In this document: in pieces, positions 24,101 to 35,790 of the stretch
How positions within the stretch are numbered: position 1 is the stretch's first letter
Layout: each line of letters begins with the position of its first letter
DNA from: Spirogloea muscicola
Lineage: Eukaryota
Assembly (NCBI GenBank): GCA_009602725.1
Contig: WELB01000011.1
Coordinates: forward strand, 349,691 to 408,604
Direction: 5' to 3'
Length of the DNA stretch: 58,914 nucleotides
The notes under the pieces: generated by a model
Seen by the model: only the letters and a program-made list of their open reading frames with translations
What the model was told of the DNA's origin: nothing
The model's database searches: none
Translations under genes and position numbers: made by a program

Positions 24101-25068
24101 GACCATCTGCAACTGCCTTGGACAGTCGAGGTAGATTTGTTGAGGCTTGCATGTACACTGATTAGGCTGGCACACAACATGCACATATTTGTTGCTGAGT
24201 TCTGCTGCTAGATTGCACGCTCGGAGCTCCACGATACCTGGGCTGGCAGTGAGAGGGGGGCCCGCTTGACCAAACCCAGGGCGCCCTCCGGCTGCTCGTC
24301 TACAGGCCTTGAGACATGCAGCTCGCCGTCTTCAGGTCGGGCATGGTGATACCCGCCCCTGAAGGAGCTATCCGCCTGGCAATGGAGACCCGAGCAAGCG
24401 AGCCAACCTCAGCCGCTCTGCAGCTGCATGCTTGTAATGCAGCTGCAGACTGTGCAGCTTGTGATGCAGCTGATTGTGCACCCACAAGAGAGCGCCGCCA
24501 AGCGCCACTTCAGAAGGCAAAGCTTGTCGATTGCGTCATCCATCAATTGATGCCTGCAGCAAGAGAAGCGGCGATCACAGACCTTGGCGTCGGAGCTGGC
24601 CCACGCCAGCAGGCCGAATGCGACCTTGGCGACGAGCAGGGCGCCCAGGAGCGCCGCGAGGCCGCAAAAGGCGGCGCCCCGCAGGCTCCGCCGCTTGCCC
24701 ACGAGGGCGGCCCCCGACGCGGCGGCCTGCACGGCGGCGCGCAGGAGGCCCTGCTCCCGGGCCCTGCCAGCCGCCCGCCGCGCCTGCCGCTTGAACTCGG
24801 GCGTCTCGAACATGGCGTCACCTTTGCCGGCCCGTGTCGGCGAGATCGCTGCGCCGGCGGCGCCTCCGTGGCGCGGCGATGGCGAGCTGGTGGCTCCGAG
24901 GCTGTCCAGCGCCTGCGCCGCCGGGGAGCCACTGCCGCTGCCCAAAGGATCGCCGCCGCGGCGGAGGAAGAAGAAGGTGTCGAAGGCGCCGCCACGAGCT
25001 CCGACGGGCGCCGCCTTGTGGCGCCAGTGCGGGCGTCCGCCGCGGTCGCCAGNCGCCGCCACCGTCAT
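21138..25068 (-). CDS. Plant O-fucosyltransferase-family (DUF246/GT106) glycosyltransferase; start uncertain (24813 or 25068)
   Basis: N-terminal TM segment ([21 protein letters not shown]), [127 protein letters not shown]. Confidence 0.92.
22151..22233 (-). mobile_element. Intronic ~75 bp terminal retro-fragment, possible 6-bp TSD (aaagag)
   Basis: aggcgcgtggtgcgcatga..gaaagggaggcc..caagccaa..ctagtgcaaa resembles 8557-8635; aaagag occurs at 22151-22156 and 22228-22233. Confidence 0.65.
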
Positions 25069-26139
25069 CGGCCGCCCCGGTCGCCAGCGCGACCGACGGC
25101 TCCGGCTCACGGCCGAGCCCGCGACTCCTCGGCGGGCCGCTGGAGCCGCCGAGGACGCCGCCGCCACTGCCGCCGACGCCCCGCACTGGCCTTGGAGCTC
25201 ATGGTGCCAAGTGGCAGCGCCTAGTGTGGCCCGCCGGGACCTGGCTTTGGAGGGTCCGCGTTGTGCCAGAGCCAGAAGCCGCGGCACGCCCGCCGCCAAG
25301 TCCGCCTTGCTCGCCGCAGCTGGCCTCCATCCCGGGGCCACTACGCCACGGCGCAGGGGCCGCTGCGGGCGCACGGAAGCGCAGGTCCAGGCCGGCGACG
25401 AACAGGCGACGGTGATGGGGAAGAGACGAGGGGCTGCTACCGTTACGAGAGCGGCTGTGAAGGCCAGCCAGGTCCATCCATGGAGGGGGGGGGGTGGGGG
25501 GGGCAGGCGAGCCGCCGCCGGGTTGAGTGCGGGGCCGGCGACCGGGGCAGCGGGGGCGGCGATAGCGACCGCCGGCGGACTGTGGGAACCGAAGCCTTCG
25601 GGAGCCTCTTTTACCGTCGCCAGATGGTGGCGGCGCCGTCAGTGGGAACCGAGCTCGGGCCGAGGCGGGCCTCGGGGGCGGAACGTGTCGCCCCAGCGGG
25701 CCGAACGGCTCTGTCGGCGCCTTCCGACGTCCTTCCTGGGGACGCTCGCTCCTGGGCTTATTTACCTTTTGCCCCTCCCGGCTTAACGGCAGGGGAATGC
25801 TTCCCGAATGCGTGCCGGTCGCGCTTTAGCTGCAGCTTCTGGCTATAGAGAAGTAGTGGAGATGAATAGTGGACCCCCTACCCGTTCACTAGTTTCTCTG
25901 ATCTGGCTGCTCAAGAGGGCAGACTGAAAACCCAGTGGCCACTTGGCCAGTGTATATCTCTTTTCGGGCTGGCCTCTCAGCCTCTCACAGCCTCTCACAA
26001 TTTTCTTTTCAACACAGCCATTGCAGTAAATTGGATGAGCTGATTCTTTCCTTTGCCACTTGCAGTCGCGTGTGCTCTATCGCTTTTCTGGCCCCTTCAA
26101 AGTTTGTTCATTCTCTTTTGGGCTGGCCAATAACTAGCA

Positions 26140-27470
26140 CCGAAAGAAAGTGCTCGCCCATTGAGGATAGGGGCTGGAGAAGCCAGCCCAAAAATGAATG
26201 AACAGAGTACGAGAAGGAAGATGAGCTCGCCCATAGAAGAGAAGGGGGCCAGGGGAAGCACTAAGAAAACAAAGCACACAAGAAACAAAGCAGCTACAAA
26301 TCACTCAGTAAGCCCTGCTAAGCAGCCGCAGATCAGAGATGCTAGGCTCCTGGAAGGGGGTCCCCTGGCCAGAGCCAGAGGCAGCAGCGAGGGCTCTGCC
26401 AGCACGAAGGTGCAGCGCGTGGGCCATAGACCTCTGCAGCGAGACGGCCAGGCGCATACGATACACTTGCGCCAGCGACCTGGCTGCAGGAAAGTCTACC
26501 GGCTCCCCATGGAAGCGATGGGCGATGGTGTGGCGGGCGAGCTGGGTGAGCAGCTCGAGCCACCGAGCGTCCAGCGCCCCATGGGTGTCAATTGCCGCCG
26601 GGAAGCACTCGTCTTCCCGCGGATGGTCGGCGTACTCGGCTCTTCAGCCCGAGCGCCGCAGGCGATCGGATATTCAATCTTGGTGGCACATTGGGCTGGG
26701 TGTGAGCGGTCGTATGCGTCGGTGGTCACCACGTCCAAGAGAAGACGTGGCCCGCCGGCCTGTGGGGTGGCCACCAAGTCTACGCGACGGGCGTGGAGAC
26801 CGTCGGCCCTTTCCTGGAGCGGCATGACGCCGGAGTGCTCCGCTGCCACGGAGAAGCCAGCCTCCACCAGGATGCCGTGCATCGCACCGCGGAGGCGGTC
26901 GTGGGCCGCTGTCTGCTCGCCGCCGTGGGCGCAGCGCAGAACACAAGCGGCCAGCTCCCCAGACTCGGCCCCTCGCTCGCCGCATACACACTGACGCACG
27001 CCCTGGAGACATGGAGGCGGCAGGCCCAGGAGCCGGTGGACGGCAGTGCGAAATACCTCATCGGGGAGAGTAAGGGCGTCATTGATGGGGAGGGCCTGAA
27101 GCACGCCGCTGCCCCTGGGGAGGAGGCCGATTGAAGTCTCGCGCGCCCGCGCAAGTCGGTCTCGGGGAGCTGCAGCACGGCAGTGGTGTAGGCGGCCTTG
27201 TCGACCACAGCCGCGAAGCGCGCTTGGACGCGCAGGTCAGCGGTGTGCGCGAGGTGCGCAAAGGAGACCGCCTGGCCTGCCAGGTCCGGGTGCGCCGCGA
27301 GCAGCTCCTGGTGGGCTGTTAACTGCCAGCCAGATGCATACAGGTGTTCATGACGGAGGTGGTGGGCGGAGCGAAGCGACACCTGGAACGGCACCGCGCC
27401 CATGTCGACCTCCACCACCGCCTGCTCCAGTGCACGCCAAGCATCGCCCTCTACTGGAAGAGTCTCTCTC
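26140..27470 (-). mobile_element. Longest (5'-truncated, frameshifted) CRE-like RLE non-LTR retrotransposon copy, subfamily D
   Basis: RARLQSASSPGAAA..LQALP..LPDEVFRTAVHRLLGL, CVCG..CVLRCAHGGEQTAAHDRLR (zinc-finger-like), RRVDL..LLLDVVTTD (PD..D RLE core), KY.DHP, YRMRLAVSLQR..HLRAGRALAAASG..SISDLRLLSRAY*, then a 3' UTR matching 43080-43200. Confidence 0.85.
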
Positions 27471-27474
27471 ATAT

Positions 27475-28030
27475 CCAGCAGCTAGTCTTTCTGACTTGCG
27501 GCTGCTAGGTAGCTGAAGAGGTTACTGAAGTGAGCATCCTATTTGATACTCACTTGAATATGTCCTTCAGCGCTTTTCGGCCTTTTCGGCTTTTTAGGCT
27601 GGCTTTGCAGCCTCTCTTCTCTATGGGCGAGCTCTTCTATCTTTTGGACCTTGTCAATTTCCCTTTGGGCTGGCTTTTCAGAGCCCTTGCCCCCTTTGGC
27701 AGAGCCACTCTCTCTTTTGGAGAATGCGGCTTTCATTTGATGTGCAGCGCTCGCAAGCTCTGGCCAGAGCTTGCCAGAGCTCATCAGCGTGCTGGACGCG
27801 CTCTAAATCAGGCCACCCACTTCCATGGCGGCGCTCCGGCTTCCCAGCTTGTCGAATTTGTATATGCTCACACGTTGGTAATAACGTCACACTGTTACCT
27901 TAGCCACCTTAGGATAGGGCTTTGTTGTATTTGGCCTTATTGTTTTGCACTAGTTTCTGCCTGAACATAAAAGGTATTGGCTTGAATTGGCCTCCCCTAT
28001 GATCCACGCGCACAGGGTGCCTTCTCTCTT
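27475..28030 (+). mobile_element. Several short + strand retro-fragments
   Basis: YPAASLSDLRLL at 27470-27510; UTR motif ccttgtcaattt..gggctggcttttcagagcccttgcccctttgg at 27649-27700; terminal motif variant at 27935-28030. Confidence 0.65.
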
Positions 28031-28189
28031 TTGCCGGCTCGTCATGGCCCCCAAGGGTGGTGCAGTATCGATGGTCATAGGTGCCCCCGGTCGCCCCAAC
28101 ATGGCCGCGCTGGCAGATCGGGCATTAGCACAGCTGACTTCTTCAGCTTGCCCCCTCAGGAAGAGCTTACTTTCTTGCGCCGAGGTAAA

Positions 28190-28840
28190 GCAAGTTTCCC
28201 TTACGGACGGGTTCTTCCAAGGTCCGTGGCTCAAGCAGTGCAATTGCAGGCAGGCCAAGCAATGGCTGCTGCTTCCGGGTCTCATCGAGGTGCCTCCCTT
28301 CCAGCTGCAAGTTACTCCGACTTCCGGCTGCTGAATCGGGGTTACTAAGCTCCCATTCGCTGTAGTCTCTTGCACAGCTGTGTTATTTGCGCCTTTCGGC
28401 CCTTTGGACCTTGTTCATTCTTTCAGGGCTTGCCATTCACAGCCCTTGCCCGCTTTGGAAGAGCTGTTGGAAAAATGTGAGAGCTCACATTTTTCCAACC
28501 CCCAATACGCCCTTGTTACCTTAGCCCCTCATATTTTTTCCTCCTTGTCAATACACACACCGTACTTGGCTAGCTGCTCACCCAGCTCGCCCGCCACACC
28601 ATCGCCCGTCGCTTCCATGGGGAGCCGGTAGACATTCCCGCAGCCGGGTCGCTAGCGCAAGTGTATCGAATGCGCCTGGCCGTCTCGCTGCAGAGGTCTA
28701 TAGCCCGGGCGTTGCACCTTCGTGCCGGCAGAGCCCTCGCTGCTGCTCTGGCTCTGTCCAGGGGACCCCCTTCCACGAGCCTAGGGCGAGCACTTTCTTT
28801 GACCTCCCTCTCCTTTCATGCGCACCGCCTTCTCTCTCTC
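28190..28840 (+). mobile_element. Two further ORF-end fragments plus UTR/terminal motifs
   Basis: QAGQAMAAASGSHRGASLPAASYSDFRLLNRGY* (stop 28348). 28570-28785 is an inverted copy of 26340-26555 (YRMRLAVSLQRSIARALHLRAGRAL) and ends in ttcatgcgcaccgccttctctctctc. Confidence 0.8.
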
Positions 28841-29272
28841 GTAGGACCTACCGGCAATGCCACTCTCCCTTTTGAAAGGCAATCTTCAACGAGGATCTGC
28901 TCAGAAAATGCTTCGTCATGCCACGGCACAGGACAGTATGCCGAGCCCAAGTGTGCAATGTTGGTACTTTGGTGGCCCACTGGTAGCCCACTGATCGCAC
29001 CCGCCGTTGACAACCACGAGGCGGCCTACCGTTCGACCAGTGGACAAGTGGAGGTGTACTGCCATCGGGCACAGAAGTGGAGCTCGAGGCACGGCCTTCC
29101 GCTCCGCAGCCCCGCTGCTTGCCGCGACGGGGCGGCAGGCACTGGAAGGGAGGCGGGCGCGCGCCTAGCTCGGCATGCGAGGCCTTGAAGGCTACAACTC
29201 GTGTCAGGAGGTCGACGGGGCCGGGTCTCGCCCTGGCTTGGCCGCTGGTCACAACGGCGTGTTCTCTGCTTC

Positions 29273-32200
29273 ATGGTTCCCTCTGCCGTCGGCCAGGTGG
29301 TGGCAGCTGCTCCGGCCACCACGGCTGCCTCATGGCCGACACCTGATCAGGTACGCCACTGGTAGTTCAGGGGTTTGGCATGTTCCACACTGCTTGGTGA
29401 GCTTAGCGCAGCACTCTGCCAGCAAGAGGCAGAACGCTTTACCAATTTGATACTTAACATGCAGTGCGTACCTGCTTAAGATATATGGAGCCTTCAGTCT
29501 TTGTAACAAAGTGCTGTGCCTTGTGTGCTTCCATAGGAGAGTTGTCCTCATTACTGCATGACTGTGCCAGGTGAACACTTTGCTGAGAGATGCAGCACAC
29601 ATGGCCAGCTTAAATCGAAAACACGTGCGAGTTGTTGCCTCGCCGTATCGTATCTGCCCGCTCGGAGCGCACATTGATCACCAGGTCAACCATCGACGCG
29701 CTTACTGCATAGCTCTCTGTTAATAACAATGTGCTTGCCGCAGTCACCTGTTCGAATGCCTCAATGCTTTTGGAACGCCTGAGTGAGTGAGTGAGTGAGT
29801 GAGATCCATACTCGATCATCATTTTCAATGATTGGTCCTTATATCCTCTCAGAAAATCCCAAGCAGCCACTGCTGCCTTCGCCGGGAAATCTCTGCGATG
29901 TGATGTTGATACTGATTGCTCCATGTACTCTGAGGTTGCTTATTCAGGATTGTCCTACTTATTACTTCGGTTCTCAATGCCACCTTCGTCCTCCAATCAG
30001 GGGGGACCTGTAACAGCTGTGGCCGTCAATTGTGGTATTCTGTTGGCTTTCACACCCTCAGCAGGCTCCCAGGTCAGGGTTTTCATGATCATGCATACTT
30101 CTTTCATCTGGTGCCACCTGCCACCCTTACAGTAAAAGGAAGGGACTTATGATTGGTGTAGCTGTCAATTGTGGCATGCTGTGGGGCTTTACAGGCTCAG
30201 AGGTCAGGCATTTGCAGTAGCTTCTGCTTGGAATATGCAGAAGACACTATTAGCTGCAAGCATGACGCTGAAGTTCTTTGCTGACAGGTCCACTTGCGGT
30301 CGCGGCAATTCGCAGGCGACGTCAAGTTCAGGTTACTGCAAGTACCCTTAGAGATGTGTTGAGCTATGTAGGAAACAATTGGAAGACAGCAAAAGGAGGA
30401 TATGACACCTCCTGCACAAGCTTGGGAGACTCTAACTGCCAGTGGATGCACATCGTGCAGCATTTTTGATGATGTCAAGGCCCTCCCAACATTAGAGGAC
30501 GAGCACTGGGGCAAGTTTGCTCGAGGTGCCACATATGCGCTTAAGAAAAGGAAGCACACCCTGACACAGGTCAAGACCTGTTCTCTGGGCCAAAGCCAGA
30601 GAGTACTCAGCTGCGAGGCCTTGCATCATTCAAGTCACCATACCACGTTAAGCATGCACGAACATGTTCACTGTTCAGGTCTTAGGCTAACCCTCTGCTT
30701 GTGCAGGTTAACTGTCAACCTGATTAATTATACTGATTAAGCAAGCTAAGCTGTGCACTATTTATTGCAGGGTATTGTTGGAGTGCTTGAAGGTTCAGCA
30801 ACATTTGCAAGTTCAGGTCTCAGCTCGTCCGCGGCGGTGAGTTCTTCTTTGCTTAAACTGATGCCATTTCCAGCCTCTTTCCCATATCATGACTTGACTT
30901 GAGATTTTGCGGTGCTGCTCTTATAGTCGTTGAGCGAATGCACATAGCTGACACTTCCTTGCTGTTCGCAAGCAAGCCCCTTTGCAAGACAAATTCACAG
31001 GCCAGGCAGATTCTTTAAGGTCATTTTGATGCACATTCAGGTGGGGCTGGCCTGCCTTTTGGCTCTTGAAGAAGCAAATTGCCTGGATATAAGCGCTTCT
31101 GAGAATATTGAACTCGACAGGTATCTCCTTTCCAACAAGGACACTGCATCAGCTACTGGTGCAACGTTAGCATACCTGGTAGCCAGTGAACCCCCGCATG
31201 GTTGTCAGTCTTGGTGCCAACATCCACATTTGAGTCAGTACATTGCATAAATTCTTTACTGTCAATGATTACGCTATGTTGCTCAGACCGTTTTATGCTC
31301 TCTCCAGTCAAGCTCATCTCACTGTTGATTCAATGAGATGTGCAAGATAAGTCCACAGCTTAACAAATTTATTCTCGTTGGTAAATCTGTGAAGGCTGAT
31401 TGAAAATGACTTTCTGGGACTGAAAAACGGAGTACTTGACCAATCCGCGATCATGTTGTCAAGGAGAAGCCTGTTGACTTTGATCAATTGCAGAGTAAGT
31501 TGATCACCTGCTTGCATTCTCTGCAATATTTGTGCCACTGTCTGTGGTCAGAGCTTGGCCACTCAAGCAATGAGGGGCACAGATTCAATAATCTATGTGG
31601 AATGCTGCTTGACAAAGTAGATCTTCTCTGTGCACTGCCTACATAGACCAGCTAACAAATGTGTGGTAGTTCTTGCAGGACAGATCTCACAGGCTGGTGA
31701 TGCCTGGAGCTTGGCATCAAAGCTATGCAAGCTTGAGAGTTCCACAAGGCTGTGAGCCACCTCCAGGGCATAGCAGCTATACAAGTCCATTCAATGGCAA
31801 TGATGACCAGATGTCCGAAGACTGTCAGCCAGCAGAAATACACAGTACCAGCCCAGAGAATGGCAAGTGGGAGAGCTCCTACATCTTCCTTCTTGCTTTC
31901 TCAGGCCTCCAACAAGCTCTTACCAGCACTTCAGGCTACAATCGGAGAGTTGAGGAGTGTCAAGAAGCTGCCAAGATTTTACTCAGGTATGATGGAGTCC
32001 TCAAGTGAACTCTAATCACCATTAGAAGATGTGACGCCATTGTTCTGCCCTTGCAATTATGCAGTCCGCAGGCTTTTTAGTAGGTGTCTGGTAAGAAACA
32101 GCACTCAAATTGCTGTACCTGTAGCAGCTTGTTTTCATGGCTCAGAGGACATTCTGTGTATACCTTGCCTGACAAGTATGTGGTCCTCTCATGCAGAGCT

Positions 32201-33255
32201 GCAGGGAAGCAAAGCATGGATGCTCAACTTTGTCATGGTGATGCTTCTCTACTGCTGGCGCCTCGCAGTAGCACAGGCTGGGGACATCAACCTCATTCTT
32301 AGCTGCCACTTTGTTAGATAGATGCTGATCTTCTGCACCGTGCTTGGCGTTTTGCAGTCAGCCATGACGAGTATAGCATATACAAGGTGAGGGCTAAATT
32401 CCTGGATATATGTTATGCCGTCATACAATGCACAAGGGCACGTGCAATGACCACTTGTTCACTCTGATGTTGAGACTGCAAAAGATGTGCATTTTTCAGA
32501 AGTTACTGGACGGAGGTCCTGGGCGCCGGGCCGAACATTTCTTTACCGAGGTAGCCCGCGTACATGAAGGTGCGCTGGACAATAAGCACAGGTGCTTCGG
32601 CTCTCATCGCACAAAGGGAGGCCCAGCCTTTTGCGACTCAATCATTGTCTCTCATCAGCTGCTGGACGGCTCGGTGTTCTTTCTCATTCTGCAGGATCAA
32701 TGACCGATGATGCTCTTTCCGATGCACAAGTTGATGCTTGCAGGGGTAGAAGCTTGGGAGACTGGTGACATGAGAGCTTTCGGCAGGCTGATGTCACTAT
32801 CCGGCCAGAGTTCCATTGACAATTACGAATGCGGTATACTATGCTCACATTGGCAGTTTGTGGCTAGCTGTGCTGTGGTTGTGGCTGTGTCTACGGCTGC
32901 ATAACTGCAATTCGGAATACGTAAAAAATCTGAACTCCACTATGACTTCGCAACCAAAGCTTATATGGTAAGGTGCCAATTACTTGTCAGCTTGACCTGG
33001 TGTCCAGGCTGTGCACCCCTGGTGGACTTGCGATTGATCCTCCTCAGAGCACCCGGCGTCCTGGGAGCGCGCTTCAGTGGAGCTGGTTTCCGTGGATGCT
33101 GCATCGCCCTATGCGAGCGAGAGAGTGCAGCAGCCTGTGCCGCCTTTGTCCAGGAGGAATATACTGCACTGCAGCCAGACCTTGTCAAGAACCTAAAGGG
33201 GCTGCCTTGCGTGGTCGCCTGCCAGTCGGCGGACGGGGCAAGGATCCTCCAATGA
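29273..33255 (+). CDS. GALAK: Galacturonokinase (GHMP kinase family)
   Basis: First exon 29273-29350 (..SWPTPDQ), then VRVVASPYRICPLGAHIDHQ, WGKFARGA, SSGLSSSAA-VGLACLLALEEAN, LIENDFLGLKNGVLDQSAI, LLAFSGLQQALT..GYNRRVEECQEAA, RRAEHFF, SSIDNYECG, APGVLGARFSGAGFRGCC; stop at 33253-33255. Confidence 0.95.
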
Positions 33256-33542
33256 AAGCATTGCAGCACTGCCCGAGTATGTTATTGGACATAAATCAAG
33301 CGCGTGTCTTTCCACCGTGCAACAATACGTGATGGGTGATACCCTGGTCTGACCTCAGTGCCAGTAACTATTGTGAAGGCTACAATTTGCTGATGTAATT
33401 TAGCTGGAAGGTGTTGGTGAGAAAGTGCAAAATACAGTGGTCCTACAGCTATGGCAGCGTCCCTTTGTATTTGTTCACCCCAAGCAGCAAAGTGTCGAGG
33501 GAGGACGCTCCATTTGCGCTCAGGGGCCCAATGCGAGCGAGT

Positions 33543-33632
33543 GGCGAGGAATCAGACGACATGATTGGCATTCGTCAGAGGGCTGCTGCCTCTCAGCAGT
33601 ACCTGTCACGTTTCCTCATCTTCCTCGCGCCA
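33543..33632 (-). ncRNA. Candidate box C/D sno/scaRNA (target unknown)
   Basis: Minus strand reads gcgaggaag-ATGAGGA(C, 33619-33613)-aacgtgacaggtactg-CTGA(D', 33596-33593)-short agagg/cctct hairpin-CTGACGA(C', 33578-33572)-atgccaatcatgtcgt-CTGA(D, 33555-33552)-ttcctcgc, closed by an 8-bp terminal stem gcgaggaa/ttcctcgc. Confidence 0.7.
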
Positions 33633-34013
33633 GCTTGCTGCCTCGGTCCACAGACGAGGCCAGCAGCCGGGGCGAAGGCGGGGAGAGCTCAGCTGAGTAA
33701 GGAGAGTGAGGGCAAATGGGTCTCGGTCACTGCACCCCGGCGGTGGCGGCCCCATGCACAGCGTAGGAGAGCTGAGAGAGACCAGGCCGCCGCCGAAATG
33801 CTGAGCCCGCGCCGGGCCGCTCGTCACCAAGGAGGCGGCGGCCACGGCGGCCACTTCAGTGCTCGCATCACAGCCACCTCCCGAGGGCCTAGGCCGCGCC
33901 CGGCAGCCTCGCAGCGACAGGCGTGCAGCAAGTCGGGCACTTCGGTATTCGCGCAGCCCGCAGAGCGATCAATGGGCTCACGGCGCGCTGGGCGCGCTGG
34001 CCTGCGCGGGCAG

Positions 34014-34095
34014 TAATCACGGCACCGCCGCCGGCTCGCACGCCTCGCGCGGCGCGCGGCGGCCGGGGCGGCGCTCAGATAAGATCAAGTGTGAC
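34014..34095 (-). ncRNA. Candidate box C/D scaRNA guide domain for U2 snRNA 2'-O-methylation at G25 (human numbering)
   Basis: Minus strand ACACTTGATCTTA-t-CTGA, then a GC-rich hairpin (gcgccgcc..ggcggtgc), then GTGATTA (C'-like). The guide is the perfect complement of U2 nt 22-34 (UAAGAUCAAGUGU), and the D+5 nucleotide (34083) pairs with G25. Confidence 0.7.
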
Positions 34096-34124
34096 CGTTT
34101 GCGGAAGCGGTGGGTGCTAAGTAT

Positions 34125-34320
34125 TGGGAAGGAATCATTTGTGTTTTTGAAACAAACGAAGGCCAGGAAGGGAAGGCGGATGGAGTGTGTATTGAGAGAT
34201 GGAGGGCCTGTGTGGCCAAGTACAAAGGCAAGCACATTGACCAATGTACATCACCTGCTGCTAAGCTGACCCGCTTAGTAACCACGAGTCAGCGCATAGA
34301 GGTCGCTAACTGATGCCCGA
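34125..34320 (-). mobile_element. Subfamily B 3' fragment(s)
   Basis: Reverse complement of the 3465-3610 sequence (SDLYALTRGY* plus UTR). Confidence 0.8.
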
Positions 34321-34479
34321 AGTGCCATTGCCTTATTTTGAGAGGACTACTTCTTTCTCTGTTTCAGGAGAGAAAGAAATAGTCCTCTCCGCAGGGATGC
34401 GGCTGGTATGGCCGTCCACAGTCGTCGCTGGGAGCAGGCATCAATGGAGAGGACTCAATAAATCTGGAGATAGGAGATC

Positions 34480-34960
34480 GCGGTCCTCTCCTACAGAAAA
34501 CTGCGGCTGCGGCACTACTCCAATTACCCCCAATGCGATCAGCTCCTGCCAGCGGCAATCGACATCTTTCTGTCTGGGTCCTCGTTTCCACACTCTCCTT
34601 CAAAACATTGCCAATCTGGGCTACACTCGACGTGCAGATGTGTTTCCGGCTGAGATGGGCTTGCCAGCTGCATATCTGTCGCTCTTGTGACGACGAGTTT
34701 CGGCCTGTTTGCAGCGTGCTCAGGCTAGTGCCTTGCACCAGAAAGCTGGCCGAGTTCTAGTTGGTGGCAGAAGGGCTCCGTTTCTGGCATCTAGTATTCA
34801 TGCATCGATTAGTGACCTTTATGTTTTGACCCGTGGGTTATTGAGCGGGTCAATCTGCTGTAGGTCATGTAGATCTTTAGATGTGCTTGACTTTGTACTT
34901 GGCCATTTGGCCTACATTTGTTTCTAATACACGGAATTTGTCTCCTTCCAGATTCCATTC
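34480..34960 (+). mobile_element. Degenerate subfamily B RLE-domain fragment
   Basis: Aligns with 44040-44440 (..LLPAAID..LGPRFHTLLQNIA..RRVSACLQRAQASALHQKAGR..SDLYVLTRG). Confidence 0.75.
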
Positions 34961-35129
34961 AAACCGTGTCCTAGAGTGAATAAGAGACCGCGTCCTTGTT
35001 CCTACCTGGGGGTGGCCTCTCACAGCCACTGCCTTACTTTGAAAGAGCTGTTTCATTTCAGCGAGCCGTCTCATCTTATCTGGGGGGTAGTTGGTGCAAG
35101 CCTTCAACTCCGAGAGCGAAGCCGCAGCT

Positions 35130-35790
35130 TTAAAAGAAAGACTGTTCCAATAGAGGACAATGGATGTGATTGGCCAGCCCAGGAGAAAGATTGAGCAAGT
35201 TTCGATGGGGCCAGAAAAGCAATGGGCATACAGCGACTAAAGTGGCCACTGGCTGCTCAATATCCCCTGTTGAGCAGCCGCAGGTCAGAGAAACTAGTCT
35301 CCAGGTAGCGGGTCCCCTGTCCACAGCGAAAGCGCGACAGGCAGATGCTCCGCGTGTGCCATTGTCCGCTGCAGCGCTTCTGACAGGGCGCATGCGATAC
35401 ACCTGGGCGAGGAAAAGTCTTTCCTCAGAAGATAGGACTCTTCCAGTACAGGGCGATAGTTGTGATTGGCCAGTTCAGAAAAGAATGCATAACTCTAGAA
35501 AGGGCCAGAGACGGAAGTGAGCCCTTCCAAAGGGGGCGAGGGCTGTGCAATGCCAGCCTGAAGAAAGACTGACAAGGTCCGCTGAAATCCATAATAATTA
35601 AGCAAGTAACCATGTGCAGTATTCGCTTGGTAACCTACAGGTAACAGCCACAAGTCAGAAAGACTAGCCGCCGGAAAGCTGTCCCCTTGACGAAAGTCAG
35701 AGGCTGCAGAAAAGCTTTAAAGTACACGGTGACTCAAGTGGTCACTGGCGCTCAGTATCCCCTGTTGAGCAGCCGCAGGTCAGAGACATT
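35130..35790 (-). mobile_element. Mosaic of minus-strand ORF-end and UTR fragments
   Basis: YRMRPV.. at 35340-35402; two copies of SDLRLLNRGY* (35257-35295, 35752-35790); UTR motifs at 35140-35190, 35440-35490 and 35525-35580. Confidence 0.7.

Noticed and set aside
26140..27470. Fanzor/TnpB-type RNA-guided nuclease with conserved 3' RNA
   Set aside because: Motif order (zinc finger, then RxDL..DV, K..KY, RLAVSLQR) is that of the RLE domain of CRE-like retrotransposons; no RuvC motifs were seen.
34080..34092. U2-identical 13-mer read as a U2 gene fragment or Utopia-type retrotransposon target site
   Set aside because: No other U2 sequence flanks it. Its exact spacing to an antisense CTGA box, hairpin and C' box fits a methylation guide better.
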